Assembly (NCBI GenBank): GCA_951406725.2
Contig: OX597824.1
Coordinates: 44,268,001-44,332,000, forward strand
Source: Octopus vulgaris
Taxonomy: Eukaryota
Direction: 5' to 3'
DNA length: 64,000 nt
Below the pieces are notes generated by a model. The model was not told where the DNA came from. It searched no databases and worked only from the letters and a program-made list of their open reading frames with translations. The first letter of the stretch is position 1, and every line of letters starts with the position of its first letter. The translations under genes and the position numbers were made by a program. Below, piece after piece: positions 1 to 12,689 of the stretch.

Positions 1-374
1 GCAGACACATGGGTATACACCAGGCACTAACACGTACATGTTCACACACACACACACCTATGCTCATGTCTTCACCCACAAGTCCCTCAAACACTGGCCA
101 GACACCAAGGTGCAACCAGCTTCTGGTCCAGCCACATGCTCCACGAAATTCTCCTTTTTAATGCATCTGATATTGCTGAGATATCAATCTCACCTCTAAC
201 AACACCACGTGACCTACTTTGACCAATGGCAGCCTAGTTTCTGGTAGCTATCTTGGATTCATACATCTCTCCATTCAGCTAACTGAGCCTTAAAAGCTAG
301 GTTTCTGCAAGAAGCCTATGAAACTTTTAATTTAATGGGGCCAAATCAAACTATTTTAAACAACAACAACGACA

Positions 375-548
375 ATCCTTTCTACTATAGGAAAAGGCTT
401 GAAATTTGGAGGAGGGGGATAGTTGATTACATCAATCCCAGTACTCAACTGGTACTTAATTTATCAACCCCAAAAGGATAAAAGGCAAAGTCGACCTTGG
501 CAGAATTTGAACTCAGAACGTAAAGACAGATGAAATATCACTAAGCAT
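375..548 (-). mobile_element. tRNA-derived SINE family A copy (head truncated)
   Basis: Reverse complement matches the copy at 54836-55068 (GTTCTGAGTTCAAATTC B-box region; GTCGACTTTGCCTTT..CCTTT.GGGGT.GATAAATTAAGTACCAGT). Confidence 0.8.
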
Positions 549-617
549 TAATAATAATACTTTCTTCTACCATGACAAGATATAATAATAAATCACATCC
601 TTAATGATAATAATAAC

Positions 618-656
<39 letters not shown>

Positions 657-657
<1 letters not shown>

Positions 658-1185
658 CACAGCTTACAAAGAGTAAAGACATGGCATGAGAAAACCCCAG
701 AAGGAGTCACCAAGGAAGAGAATTGCAAAATCCTTTGGGATGAAATGATTCAGTGTGATCACCTGACCAGACATCAGAAACTAGACATTGTTGTGGTGAA
801 TGAAAAAGAAAGAACATGCATGATAATTGACATAGCATGCCCCAATGAGAACAGGATCAATGTGAAAGAAGAAGAAAAAATAAACAACTATGACGACTTG
901 AAGTGGGAAATATGATGGTTGTGGTCAATGAGAGTAGATATGATACCAATAGTAATTGGTGCACTTAGAAGTAAAGTAACAGCACACAATTATCAACATG
1001 GCTGAAAAAGATTGATACAAGTATGAAGACAGAACACCTACAAAAATCAACATTGCTTGGAACTGCAAGAATTCTTTGTAAGGTTCTTAAAGCATGACCA
1101 GTAAATAAATGTCACCTTAGTCTGCTGGGTGTGAACAGCTGACACAGTCCATCATACCCAGCAAAATAAGCTGAGTTTTCATCAC
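657..1185 (+). mobile_element. R4/Dong-clade non-LTR retrotransposon 3' fragment (restriction-like endonuclease domain plus 3' UTR), decayed
   Basis: Translation KILWDEMIQCDHLTRHQKLDIVVV..CMIIDIACP..KEEEKINNYDDL..IPIVIGAL fits the R4/Dong RLE domain pattern (KILWD..PDIV..IIDVA.P..K..KY.DL). In-frame stop; (TAA)n on both sides. Confidence 0.8.
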
Positions 1186-1218
<33 letters not shown>

Positions 1219-1243
1219 TGTGTATACATACATATATAAAATT

Positions 1244-1280
<37 letters not shown>

Positions 1281-1289
1281 CACACACAT

Positions 1290-1435
1290 ACATACAACAG
1301 GCTTGCTCTCAAGGATTTTGTTGGCTTGAAGCTACAGTAGAAGACACATGTCCAAGGTGCTGCACAAGATGACTTGAACCTAAAATCATGTGGCTTGCAA
1401 AGCAAGCTTCTTAACCCCCCCCCCCCCACTCCTGT
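1290..1435 (-). mobile_element. tRNA-derived SINE family B head fragment
   Basis: GCTACAGTAGAAGACACATGTCCAAGGTGC..TGAACC..CATGTGG..AAGCAAGCTTCTTAACC is shared with 11140-11210, 21640-21740 and 61520-61620. Confidence 0.65.
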
Positions 1436-2504
1436 GCATGTAGCTATTAATATTTATAAAGGGTTCTCAAATAGTATGTGTGTTTGTGTGTGTATATGCA
1501 TTCACATGCATTCATGTATGTGTGTGCATGCAGATATGCTTGCATTTATGTGAGTCTGTGTGTGTATGTGCATCCACATGCATTATGTGTGTGTGTGCAT
1601 GCTCACATTCTTGAATTTGTATGTGCATGTGTAATTGTGTGAGTCCTTGTTTCTATATCCATATTTCTGTATTTCTGTCCACAAATGCAAACCAGTATGT
1701 TGTGTTGCATCCTTTAACATAAAAAAAACATAACTTTGCAGTTCAATAAATATAGATCGATAAAATAAAGTTACTAAACAGAAATAAGTACTTGGTTCGA
1801 TATGATGGATTAAGGCAGTGTCATTGTCACAGTCCAATGCCTGAAACCAGTTAAAAATTAAAGTAAAAGAATAAATAGTTACATCAGTAACACAAAATAC
1901 AAGTCAAGTAGATAAAGTAGTACTGAATGCTAATTATAGAATCTTGAAACCTACCAATGGAACTAGTATTCGATGTTAATAATTACTGAAAACCTGTTGT
2001 AACCTATCCTAAAACCAAATCTACTTGGTTTGCCATAACTATAGAATTGCCTTTTCCTCCTTTCTTTTTTCCTTTCCTTACTACTACTACTACTACTACA
2101 AAGAAAAAAAAAAGAAAGAGAAACAAAAGAGTGGAAGAAAAAGCAATTTAATGAAATTATAGTAGGAGAAATATATGCCTAATGGTTAGTGTTTATTGTT
2201 ATTGTAGGTGATGGTGTTGATGATAATGCTTTTGTTGATGTTGTTCTGTGGTGAAGGAATTGTTGTTGATGATATGTGGTGAAGGAATTGTTGTTGTTGT
2301 TGCGTTTTGTAGTTATTTTTGTAATTCATGTTATTGTTGTTGTAGTTAACTATTTTACTCAAATTGTTCCTCTCCAGACCTTACTTTCACCTATCAACCA
2401 TCCATCTAAACAGAGCAGAGCATAGACTACATAAAATATCGTCATTTGATTATTTTTTTTAATGTTCCTATTCTATCATTCTTTTTATTAAATTCCCTTG
2501 TCTT

Positions 2505-2790
2505 TACCTTGATGGCCGTTTCATTTATTCCAACAATGCAGTTGTAATCAGTGGTATCCATCAAAGTATACTACTGATTAATTAGCCCTTCTAACTTCAG
2601 ATACAGGATTCAAAAGTGGGTTACAAACTCAGCCTGACTAGAAACTCAGCTTACCAATCATTTCTCCAAGGTGCTTGTCATATTGTATCAATGACATCAT
2701 TAATATATACTTTCTAATCTAATTAGTATTGATAAAAATGATGAGCTATGATGTTAGGTTCTGAACTGGTGTCAATTAGATGCCAGCTGT
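2505..2790 (+). mobile_element. Highly decayed CR1-like RT relic
   Basis: VVISGIHQSILL resembles VTSGVPQGSVLG, and a later INDI resembles YINDL. Many disruptions. Confidence 0.3.
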
Positions 2791-3233
2791 AAAACAATCT
2801 GACCTAGAACATGCAATGGAAACCTCTCAATAATTATTGTTATTGTCGTGAAAGGAGAAAAAACGATCAATAGAGACTCACTTTATTCACTAAGAGAACA
2901 TCTGTGAATGATTTTCTTTTGGTGAAAGTGCAATATGCAGCAGCATTAATGATCTTGGTAGAGTTTGATCCAAATGCATAACAGTTGTTGGATTAGGACA
3001 TTTTTAACCACTGTTGAATATAATTTTTTTTTATAGAAATAGATCTAAATCTAAATACTTGATTAAGGTGGGAAATCTTTTAACAAGCAGTACATCATAA
3101 CATAATATAAGTTATTAGTTCATATAATATAAGCTATCTAGTAAGATATTCAGCCTTGAGGAATACAATTCACCTGATTCAATATTACAAAACAACTTTC
3201 TGACACAGTTCCTTTTGTTATCATTTTCTTTAG

Positions 3234-3300
3234 ATCTGTGAACTTTATTCTGATGAGAGAAGTTGCAATTCGTGATGGATACCAACAAAACCCTTGGTAA
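3234..3300 (+). CDS. Probable last coding exon of an unidentified host gene, peptide (x)SVNFILMREVAIRDGYQQNPW*
   Basis: Branch-like TTCTGAC at 3198-3204, pyrimidine tract TTTTCTTTAG with AG at 3232-3233, open frame to TAA at 3298-3300, ATTAAA at 3355-3360 followed by G/T-rich sequence. Confidence 0.5.
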
Positions 3301-3719
3301 TTTCACAGTGCTTCCATGACCTACAAAAGTGAATAATACCATCCTGTGCTACCTATTAAAACTGGGGTTGGAATTTTTTGTGTTAAATTATAACTATGTG
3401 GTTTCAACAATGACAACCAATGTCTCTAATTCAAAATCAAGTGCCTCTGATGGCATGCATAGCAGATTTAGGTTTTTCTTAAGCAAAATTGTTGTTCTTG
3501 CTATATAGTTCCAGCTCGGCCTTGATTGAACAGACCTGTGGTCAGACTGAACATCCCATCATATTTTTAATGAAATCTCTTCTAAGGTTATGTTCCCATA
3601 CTTTTTATTATTAATTTATATTTATTATTGTTGTTGTTGTTTGTTTATTTATTTTCATTTTGCAAATACAGTTAAACAGTTACTATAACCAGTCTGTAAA
3701 AGTCTACAAAAAATACAGA

Positions 3720-4415
3720 AGCTACCTCTTTTCTTCTGGTTAATTAATACAAAAAGTTCTAAAAATGACTATTCCAACCTATTTTATTACTTTTATCACT
3801 AGTTCCATACTATTTCTCAGATAACCATCTACACTATTTTCATCTCCCCATCGACTGCTTTTTCTACCAATCACGCCTCAGCCTTCTCTTAAACAAGATA
3901 TATAAATTTTATTAACATTACTTCTGAATATAATGTTCTATATATCATTATTAGTATTTAAGCATCCCAAACTAAATTAACTTGCTCATCTTGAATCCAC
4001 TTCAGAATTCATTCACTATAGTTTAAAAGAGATATGGGGCCCAAGTTTTAATAGCTTCATTTTTCCATTTGACTTACAATTAAGCACTAATTTCAGTTTC
4101 TGTAATATCCATTTCTAAATATTTCCTTCCTGCTACTTTCTTTCACTTTTTTATAATGCTTTTGTGTCTAAGTACTTACATAGTCTCCTATTCCTACTTG
4201 TTTTATGACTTCCTTATCTAGTAATTTTATGCGGTGACTTTCCACTATTTAACTTTTTTCTTTTCGAATCTCCAGTCTTTTTAATCTCAAATTCCATCCT
4301 AGTATTGTCATTAAACCTATTTACTACTTGTATCAAAGATTCTATTTGATCTTTGTTCTTTACAAACAACTCCATGTTATACATAAATAGAAACTGATTG
4401 ATTTTTATGCAGCCT
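3720..4415 (-). mobile_element. Decayed R4/Dong-clade RT fragment
   Basis: Minus-strand translation KINQFLFMYNMELFVKNKDQIESLIQVVNRFNDNTRMEFEIKK aligns by eye with the R4/Dong RT pattern (INHLLFMDDLKL.AK....ESL.QTV..FS.DIGMEFG..K). Confidence 0.6.
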
Positions 4416-4744
4416 GCCTTACTATTATTTATTTATTTAATTATTTACTTTTGAAAATACAGTTAAACAGTTGCTGTAGTCAGTCTGTGAAGGTACTATA
4501 AATGGTTAGGAGTATATATTCCTTATCATTTGTAGTACTAATAATGTTAACAGTAGTATGCACATCACATAAAGCAAAGATGGCAAACTATCACCTCTGA
4601 AAACTCCTTTATAGATTTTTTAATACTTCTAAGATTTCTTTTCGCAGAACTCATATTCTGTGCTTTTGGTTTTATTTTATTTTATATTTATTTTATTTTA
4701 TGTTTAATTATAACTATAACCCACCACCGCCACCACTGCCACTT

Positions 4745-4871
4745 TTAGTATTCTTGTTTTTGAGAGCAGTCGAGTTTATTTCAGATATTCTCATTTTAAA
4801 AATCATCTTCAGCTAACCATTGAGAGGACGTTGGTGTTGCCTTGGCAGCGGTTTGCACTCTCTGAATGCTC

Positions 4872-4876
<5 letters not shown>
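4745..4876 (-). mobile_element. Terminus of a non-autonomous interspersed repeat (possibly Helentron/DINE-like) beside (ATT)n
   Basis: Minus strand starts AACAAGAGCATTCAGAGAGTGCAAACCGCTGCCAAGGC right after an (AAT)n tract. Family call is from recall only. Confidence 0.3.
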
Positions 4877-4909
<33 letters not shown>

Positions 4910-5410
4910 GCCTTAAGATAACCTTAAGTTCACGCATATCCTTTAATTGCCACATATTCATTTATTCAAGTTTATCACACCATCACTTATTTCTCTAATT
5001 TTGTCATAGATTGGCTGATCAAAAATTCTAAGATATTTTCAATTCTATTTTACTATTATCGGCATTTGCTGTTTTGTTAAATTATGTCACCCAAAATTCC
5101 AAAAGAATATTTTTCTCCCTCACGTTCTGACCACCCTAACTCTGCCTCTCTCTCTTGGCCTCACTCTATCTGTCTATCTCTCTTTTGATTACCACTTGCT
5201 TCCCCAAGACTTCCTCCGCCCCCACCAAACTAGCGCATGCACTCGGATTCCCCTACTCGATTTTTAATACCTCCGCCAAAAGAATACAAATCCAGAAGTT
5301 GCTCTTGTCTAAATTTGCTAGCTCATGGTATGCTCGCCCTCCTACCCACTCCACCTGTACCAGAAATTCCTATCTTCTGTCATCATTTGGTTGTCTACCA
5401 TGAACACTTA

Positions 5411-6045
5411 TATAATAATAATAATAATGAAATTATTGTATACAGTGCTCAGGTGCACCACAACTTGTCAGAAAGTGCATATAAAGTACATGCAGTAATG
5501 TAGAAATGTCTGGAAAGCGAACAATGTATGAGTCAGATACATGCTTGTGTGTGTATGGAGGGGAGAAAATCAAGTGTAGTGTTGGCGAATCTCAGGAAGC
5601 ATGGAAGTTTTGAAGGATGCAGTGCTCCGACAACTAACAACCGATGCTGGCAGTTTGTTCCATGCTTTAGCAACTCTCAGCGTGAAAAAATGTTTCCTGA
5701 AGTCATGGGAGCTGTGCTGTTTTCTTACTTTGTAAATATGTCCACAGGTGTTAGATGGGTGGAGTTTGAAGAGGTGCTCAGAGTTATTGTTTGTGCGATG
5801 GTTGATAATTTTATGGGTGTCTGCCAAGTCAGCTGCCAGACGTCGGAGTTTCAATGTGTCCATGCCCAGGGAAGTAAGGCGTTCAGGATATGGCAAATGC
5901 CTGATGGAGGGTATTCTTTTGGTTGCACGTCGCTGAACAGCTTCCAGACGATTGATGTCCTGGGCAAGATAGGTGTTCCAGACCGGTGATGCAAATTCCA
6001 GGTGAGGTCTTACCATAGCTATATAAAGCCGCAGATAGATAGCCA
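5411..6045 (-). mobile_element. CR1-clade LINE 3' fragment (ORF2 C-terminus, 3' UTR, (ATT)n tail)
   Basis: LYIAMVRPHLEFASPVWN..LEAVQRRATK..YPERL..TLKLRR..CGHIYK..RKHFFTLRV..WNKLP is a typical CR1 ORF2 end. Confidence 0.9.
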
Positions 6046-9000
6046 AAGGCTTTACGACATCCCCACCCCTACTATGTAAGGTAGTGATCATATAGTGTAT
6101 AAATATGATGGTGTAGTGTATGTAGGTTGAATTGAAGGCTATTGTTTGTTTATGAATTCTGTCAAATGCAAACTTTCTTTTCAGGTACATGACGCTGCTG
6201 TCCCCCATCCCAGTGTCTCATGGGCCCACACCTCCCACACCCTCAGGGTTGGCACTCTCAACATCAGCACACTGAAAGGTAGGTCTGGTGAGATTGTTGA
6301 AATGCTTGAATGGAGATATGTCGATTTGTGCTGCCTCCAAGGAGTAAGGTGGAGAGGAGGTTCTGCTAGGTTCCTCACAGGCAAAGAACACAGGTACAAG
6401 ATATTCTGGGCAAGGAACACTGACGGGGTCAGAGGCGTGGGTATACTTCTTGCAGAGAAATGGGTTGATAAGGTAATCAAGGTAGTCAGAGTATGTAACA
6501 GAATACTTAAGATTAGGTTAGTGCTTCATCATGGGTTAGCAACCATTATCTCGGCCTATGCTCCTCAGCCGAGGCTAGCTGATGGACAGAAAGACCGATT
6601 TTATGACACCCTCTTGCAAACTACCTCCTTCATGAATGACAGGGACATTCTCTTTGTGGCTGGTGACTTCAATGGACATGTTGGACAACATACAGGGGGC
6701 TTCCATGGCATACATGGAGGTTATGGTTTTGGTTCCCACAATGAGGAGGAAACCAGGCTACTGGAATTGGTTTGCAATACTAACTTCAGGAAACCTGCCA
6801 GTCACCTACTGTTCTGGCAGACACACTAGCCAACTACATCTCTCACCAGAAAAAGGGAAAGATGGCTGCTTATCAATAACAAAACCTTCCCAGATGAAGA
6901 ATATACTCCACAACATAGACTAGTAGTTAGCGACTTCAGGATCAGGGGGGAAGCAGATGAGAAAAAATTTGCCAATGTTCTGCACCGTGAGGACCAAAGA
7001 CTTGAGGTATTTTGTGTTGCAATACAGTGTGTGAGAGAGAATCGTGATGTTGTAGGAGAGAAATGTGTCCATATGGATGATGGTTCACTTGCACTGAACG
7101 AGACTAAAAAGAGAGAGGTTTGGAGATGCCACTATGAAAGGTTCTTCAATAAAGAGAATGAATGGGAGAAAGAGAGTCTGCCAAATGTTGACCCAACAGA
7201 GGGACCAGCTATCTGAATTGACAGTACCTTGGTAGATAAAGCAATGAAGAGTATGAAGGCAGGGAAAGCCCCTGGCCTATCAGGAATCACCGCAGAGTTG
7301 CTCAAAATATCTGGCAGTCTCAGCTATAGCCTAGTCACCCGTATATTTAACCAGGTGATACACAAAGGAGTCATACCCAATGAATGGTGTAGCAGCACCA
7401 TAGTCAACTGCTACAAAGGTAAAGTTGACGCTTTAGATACAAATAATTACAGAGGTATCAAGTTGTTGGATCAGGTAATGAAGGCCACGGAGAGGGTCAT
7501 AGCCCAACTAATTACAGAGAGAGTCAGTTTAGATGAGATGCAGTTTGGGTTCATGCCAGGGAAAAGCACCACTGATGCTATATTTCTGGTAAGACAGCTG
7601 CAGGAGAAATACCTAGTCAAAGATAAACCTCTGTACCTGGCTTTTGTTGACATAGAGAAAGCCTTCAACAGGGTCCCCCGATCCCTTATCTGGTGGTCAA
7701 TGAGGAAACTAGGGATAGATGAATGGTTAGTGAGCCGTGCAAGCCATGTACAGGGATGCTGCCAGTAAGGTGAAGAATTCCGGGTAGAGGTAGGGGTCCA
7801 CCAAGGTTCAGTCCTCATCTCCCTCCTATTTATCATAGTCCTCCAGGCAATAACAGAGGAATTCAAGACAGGATTCCCCTGGAAGGTCCTCTATGTTAAT
7901 GACCTTGCTCTAATTGCTGAGTCACTATCAGAACTAGAGGAGAAGTTTCAGATGTGGAAGTAAGGATTAGAATCAAAGGGCCTTAGAGTCAACCTAGCTA
8001 AAACTTAAGTCCTAATAAGTATGAAGGCAGACAAACCACAAATCTCTTCAGATTGATGGCCCTGCTCAATCTGTAGAAAAGGTGTAGGTAGAAACTCTAT
8101 AAGTTGTACCCAGTGTAAGCTATGGACACATAAGAGGTGCAGCAATATCAAAGGAAGGAAAGATAGTTTTTGTATGTGGCAGATGCTCAGGAGCAACAAA
8201 CACTGAAAATGTGCAGAGAACTTCTGCTACATTCCAGGGAGAAAAACTAAAAGTAGTTGATATCTTCCATTACCTAGGTAACCAAGTCAGTAGAGGGGGT
8301 GGGTGCTCTGAAAGTGTAGCTGCTAGAATAAGAATAGCCTGGGCAAAGTTCAGAGAGCTCCTACCTCTGCTGGTGACAAAGGGCCTCTCACTCAGAGTAA
8401 AAGGTAGACAGTATGATGCATGTATACGAACAACCATGCTACATGGCAGTGAAACATGGGCCATGACTGCTGAGGACATGCATAAGCTTGCAAGGAATGA
8501 AGCCAGTATGCTCCACTGGATGTGTAATGTCAGTGTGCATACTCAACAGAGTGTAAGTACCTTGAGAGAAAAGTTGGACCTAACAAGCATCAGATGTGGT
8601 GTGCAAGAGACGACTGTGCTGGTATGGTCATATGGTGAGAATGGATGAGGATAGCTGTGTGAAAAAGTGCCACACTCTAGCGGTTGAGGGAACTTGTGGA
8701 AGAGGTAGACCTAGGAAGACCTGGGATGAGGTGGTGAAGCACAACCTTTGAACATTAGTCCTCACCAAGGCAATGACTAGTGACTGAGACCTTTGGAAAT
8801 ATGCTGTGCTTGAGAAGACCCAGTAAGCTAAGTGAGACCATAACCCATGGCCTATAACAGGGGTGTAACCAGCCCACTTATGCATACCTTTCCTTCATTG
8901 GACACTAAATTCTGCTTGCAAAGACCTGGTGAGGCAAGTGAATTTGAAATCAAAAACAAATTCGATGACAGCACCGCATAACTGGCATCTGTGCTAGTGG

Positions 9001-9418
9001 AGCGCTAAGAGCACCATCCAATTGTGATGATTGCCAGGGCAGCTGACTGGCTCCCATGCCAGTGGCAGATAAAAAGCACCATTCAGGCATGATTGTTACC
9101 AGCATCGCCTTACAGGCACGGGAAAAAAATATTCAAGTGAGGTCGTTGCCAGTGCTGCTGGACTGTCTCCTGTGCAGGTGGCACATAAAAAACACCATTT
9201 GAGCATGGCCGTTGCCATTACTACCTGACTGGCCTTCATGCCGGTGGCACATAAAAGCAGCCACTACACTCTTGGAGTGGTTGGCGTTTGGAAGGGCATC
9301 CAGCTGTAGAAACTCTGCCAGATCAAATTGGAGCCTGGTGCAGCCATCTGGCTTACCAGTCCTCAGTCAAACCGTCCAACCCATGCATGGAAAGCGGATG
9401 TTAAACGATGATGATGAT
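6046..9418 (+). mobile_element. RTE-clade LINE with both ends, internally deleted near 6946, pseudogenised (APE endonuclease, RT with PHD insert, repeat-bearing 3' UTR, (GAT)n tail)
   Basis: APE motifs LRVGTLNI, GVGILL, ISAYAPQ, AGDFNGHVG. RT motifs KAPG, NYRGIKLL, QFGF, AFVDIEKAF, VHQGS. Frameshifts and stops. The linker seen at 41640-41830 is missing. Confidence 0.95.
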
Positions 9419-9499
9419 TATTATTATCATTGTTATTATTATTATCATTATTATTATTATTATTAGACATCAAAAAAATGTCTTGGATTATTTTTTCCA

Positions 9500-9652
9500 A
9501 CTCTATGTTCTGAGTTCAAATTCTGCTGAGGTCAACTGTGCCTTTCATCATTCCAGGGTTGATAAAATAGGTACCTGTTGAACACTGGGGTCAATGTAAT
9601 CAACTTATCCCCTCCCCCAAAACTGCTGCCTTTGTGGCAAAATTTGAAACCA
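9500..9652 (+). mobile_element. SINE family A copy (3' portion)
   Basis: TTCTGAGTTCAAATTCTGCTGAGGTCAACTGTGCCTTTCATC..GATAAAATAGGTACC. Confidence 0.7.
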
Positions 9653-10831
9653 TTATCATTTTCATCATCATCATTATCGTTACTACTTTTATGTATAATT
9701 TATAAACATACTCCTCTTCAGCTTGCACCAGATATCTGTCCTTTATATTCGACCTGCATTATTATTAGGCAACTTGTGGCAGATGTGATGGTATAAAAGG
9801 ATGTTATCAGTAAGCCAAGTTGGTGACCTTGTTTCAGTTTTCACTTGTAACAACTTCCCTCATGATACTCTATGACCTTGCAATGGCATGACTGACACAA
9901 ACATAAGAAGCTCCTTTTTTTCTGTCCCCTTTATAATTTGTGGGCCATCTTAGCTATGAAAAATATTCACTTTTAGCTAGCTAATATCTCTCAGAGATTA
10001 TTTACTTCATATACACAGTTTTCATGTTAGTCATCTACAAGTGTAAAGTGACATTGTTAACAATGTATTGATATATATATTTGTAGATGACTCACCATTG
10101 ATCTGGGTTGATTTGTATTACTACTATTTTAACACCTATATACATACAGAGTGACAGACAGGCAAACACACAGACAGGCATGCAGGCAGGAAGAGCAGAT
10201 AGATAGACAGACTGAACAAAAAAAAAGAAAAAAGAAAAATGTGTATGTACGGAAAATTGCTGTAGAATTTTTATAGCTATTAAACCCTGATTATATGGCT
10301 ATCATTTACACCCATAAATATTGGAAAACAAAATACTAATATAGACTAATGTCTCATGACCTATAGGGTTGTTGGGGGTACTATTGAAGTGTCTCTGTTT
10401 GAATCCACAATTGAAACATAACCACGCACGCACACACACATACACACACAAATGCACACATAAGAAAAGGAGTACAAATACTACCATGTTATTAACAGAG
10501 AAATCTCATTTTTCTCCTGAAAATAAAAGTACTTAGGCAGTCATTAAAGTATTGGATTGAATGGTCATGTGCCATTTATTCTTGCTTTCTCACTGTGAGT
10601 TCAAATCCTGCCAAGGCCAACTTTGCCTTTAATTACTTTTGGAGTTGATAAATAATGTATCAAACTGGAGTTCAGTTTTCTTTTTTACTTCTCTCTCACT
10701 CCTTAGTTCCACAGTGTTGCACCTCAGGCAAGTGACTTCTGCCATAGCCCCAGACCAACCAAAGCTGGTGAGTGGATTTGCTAGATTTAAACTGAAAGAA
10801 GCCCATCATATATTTACCCACTCAATTTATA

Positions 10832-11210
10832 TTCTTTTATTCTTTTACTTGTTTCAGTCATTTGGCTGTGGCCATGCTGGAGCACAATCTTGAAGAATTT
10901 CAGTCAAACAAATTGACCCCAGAACTTATTTTTTAAGCCTAGTACTTATTTTATTGGACCCTTTTGCCAAACTGTTAAGTTACAGGGATGTAAACACACC
11001 AACACCAGTTGTCAAGCAGTGATGAGAGGGACAAACACATACACAAAGACACGCATACATAGATACAGATACACATACACATACATATACAATGGGTTGC
11101 TTTCAGTTTCTACCTACCAAATCCACTCACAAGTCTTTGGTTGGCTCAAGGCCATTGTAGAAGACAATTGCTTTAGGTGCCATACAGTGGGACTGAACCT
11201 GGAACCATGC
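10832..11210 (-). mobile_element. tRNA-derived SINE family B, near full length, with internal microsatellite
   Basis: TCTTTTACTTGTTTCAGTCATTTG..GGCCATGCTGGAGCAC..CCAAATCCACTCACAAG..CAGTGGGACTGAACC is shared with 30860-31060, 45745-45795 and 57160-57360. Confidence 0.75.
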
Positions 11211-11477
11211 TTTGTACGCCTGTGCCTAAATGTGAGTGTTTGTGGTCATGTAGGTGTGTTTAGCCCTGAAAAGCTCTGAAATGGTGTGTCCTCAAGTAAA
11301 ACAAATCTGATTTTTGAAGTTGGCATCCCAGAGTGAAGGTCATTCATGAATAATAGTTAAAAAATATAAATAGCTATGAGAAATAACTCAACTTCTAGAC
11401 CAACAACTCCCCTGCTCTCTATTTGTCACCATGAATCTATCTCTCTCTATTATTTACTAAACTCTCTCTATCTTTCT

Positions 11478-11510
11478 GTGTGTGTATGTGTGTGTGTGTA
11501 TGTATGTATG

Positions 11511-11541
<31 letters not shown>

Positions 11542-11615
11542 GTGTATGTATGTGTGTATGTATGTGTGTATGTATGTATGTATGTATGTATGTATGTATG
11601 TATGTATGTATGTAT
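11478..11615. repeat. (TG)n/(TATG)n compound microsatellite
   Basis: Direct observation. One of many such tracts (e.g. 28533-28690, 56580-56710, 62150-62345). Confidence 0.95.
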
Positions 11616-12175
11616 TAACTCTAATGCATTGGTTTCATTTTGTTTAAAACACTTCGTCTTCTAATGTTTACTTTCATTTCATCACAGCTATTACACACAA
11701 ATCTTGTTTTCTGTTTGGGTATAATGATAAAATTTAAACCTCTGTAACATTTTGCTAAAATTTTTCTAGAATAAATGAATCACAAACACCAGCATGAAAA
11801 AGTACATCAATATACCAAATTTGAAAATTTTCACTTCATTTTAAAATTTCAAAATCTCTTTTTCATTTTTTGCTTCTCTCATGGTAAACTTTTTCCCTCT
11901 CTGTCACTCTCTACAAAAATATATTGCTCTCACTGTGTGTGTATGTGCTTGTCAATGTGTGTGTATGCATACGTGAAAAGAAGATCATTAAGGTGACAGA
12001 GTGACTTAAAAAAGGTTTGTAAAAGAAAATTAATTTTAATAGTATCCTTTTTTGTTAGTAAATATGATTCTTCTTACACACACACACACACAAACTTGAT
12101 TGGTGCAGGGTGAGGGGTTAAAAATTTAAATTACAAATTTTTTTTTGTTGCTTAAATCTCAGCAATAGACCATCA

Positions 12176-12420
12176 CATCATCATCATCATTTAACGTCCA
12201 TTTTCCATGCTAGCAAGGGTTGGACGATTTGACTGAGGACTAGTAAACTAGATGGCTGCACCAGGCTCCAATCTTGATCTGGCAGAGTTTTTACAGCTGG
12301 ATGCCCTTCCTAACGCCAACCACTCTATGAGTGTAGTGGGTGCTTTTATGTGCAACTGGCACAAGGGTCAGTATGGTGGTACTGGCAACGACCACACTCA
12401 AATGGTGTTTTTTGCATGCT
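12176..12420 (-). mobile_element. RTE LINE 3'-UTR-only fragment
   Basis: Reverse complement of GGTTGGCGTTAGGAAGGGCATCCAGCTGTA..TCCAACCC.TGCTAGCATGGAAA..GGACGTTAAA(TGA)n. Confidence 0.85.
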
Positions 12421-12689
12421 ACCTGTACATCATTTCATAGAATGTATTTAAGAGGAAAAATATTTAAAAACATCAATATGTGTAACAAAGAAATAAGGAA
12501 GGTACCAGGTGGTTGTGATTATTATAGAAACAATAGCTAAATCTCCTTTAAATCAACACTTTTTTGCTTGAAAATTATTTTGAAATTATAAACAGAAACA
12601 AATTGCTGATTGGGCTGTCTGTATTTTAAAATTATGACTAAAGAAGAAATAAAAAAAAACAAAATTTAAGGATTTATGGTGGTAGTGGT

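Noticed and set aside
3250-3280. CTGATGA hammerhead half-core (also at 13563, 25856 minus, 44605, 46218 minus, 56009, 57723 minus)
   Set aside because: No correctly placed GAAA with paired stems.
4768-4818. Minus-strand CTGAAGA..GAAA
   Set aside because: Stems I and III do not pair convincingly, and it lies in another repeat family.
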